Shown here one piece after another: positions 63,570 through 64,000 of a stretch of DNA of 64,000 nucleotides (its first letter is position 1; each line of letters starts with the position of its first letter). The notes under the pieces are model-generated. The model did no database searches. It had not been told where the DNA came from and saw only the letters and a list, made by a program, of their open reading frames with translations. Position numbers and translations under genes: made by a program. Location of the stretch: the NCBI RefSeq assembly GCF_036971445.1, contig NC_091478.1, positions 8,742,001-8,806,000 on the forward strand, written 5' to 3'. Origin of the DNA: Narcine bancroftii (taxonomy: Eukaryota).

Positions 63570-64000
63570 AACGCTTCCACCAGCGTTGTCTCCACTCCAT
63601 CCTCAACATCCATTGGAGCGCTTTCATCCCTAACGTCGAAGTACTCGAGTTGGCAGAGGTAGACAGCATCGAGTCCATACTGCTGAAGATCCAGCTGCGC
63701 TGGATGGGTCACGTCTCCAGAATGGAGGACCATCGCCTTCCCAAGATCGTGTTATATGGCGAGCTCTCCACTGGCCACCGTGACAGAGGTGCACCAAAGA
63801 AAAGGTACAAGGACTGCCTAAAGAAATCTCTTGGTGCCTGCCACATTGACCACCGCCGGTGGGCTGATAACGCCTCAAACCGTGCATCTTGGCGCCTCAC
63901 AGTTTGGCGGGCAGCAACCTCCTTTGAAGAAGACCGCAGAGCCCACCTCACTGACAAAAGGCAAAGGAGGAAAAACCCAACACCCAACCCCAACCAACCA
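63570..64000 (+). mobile_element. RTE-clade LINE ORF C-terminal fragment (runs off window)
   Basis: RFHQRCLHSILNIHW...QLRWMGHVSRMEDHRLPKIVLYGELSTGHRDRGAPKKRYKDCLK. Confidence 0.9.

Overview
Vertebrate nuclear DNA. The repeat content (V-SINE, Penelope-derived, CR1, L1/Tx1, RTE) suggests a cartilaginous fish; this is inference. Three protein-coding genes can be rebuilt from splice sites and reading phase. (1) ZRANB1/TRABID, minus strand: GC-rich first exon and promoter at about 6.3-7.1 kb, first coding exon 3438-2622 with three NZF zinc fingers; the rest lies left of the window. (2) HPDL, plus strand, complete with five coding exons (14465-22772, 418 aa); human HPDL has no introns and lies elsewhere. 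(3) ABRAXAS2/ABRO1, minus strand, complete with nine exons (62703-33155, 404 aa). Introns and spacers are mostly transposon remnants, several with clear target-site duplications (TSDs). The most interesting observations are: a young, TSD-flanked, A-tailed 113-nt insertion that resembles 7SL RNA; four uORFs in the ZRANB1 leader, including a perfect-Kozak start-stop; an ORF1-only L1 derivative; a locally templated 355-bp insertion; promoter tandem repeats that multiply E-boxes (HPDL) and GC boxes (ABRAXAS2); and fold-back Penelope derivatives with hammerhead-like cores. All homology calls come from recall, not from searches.
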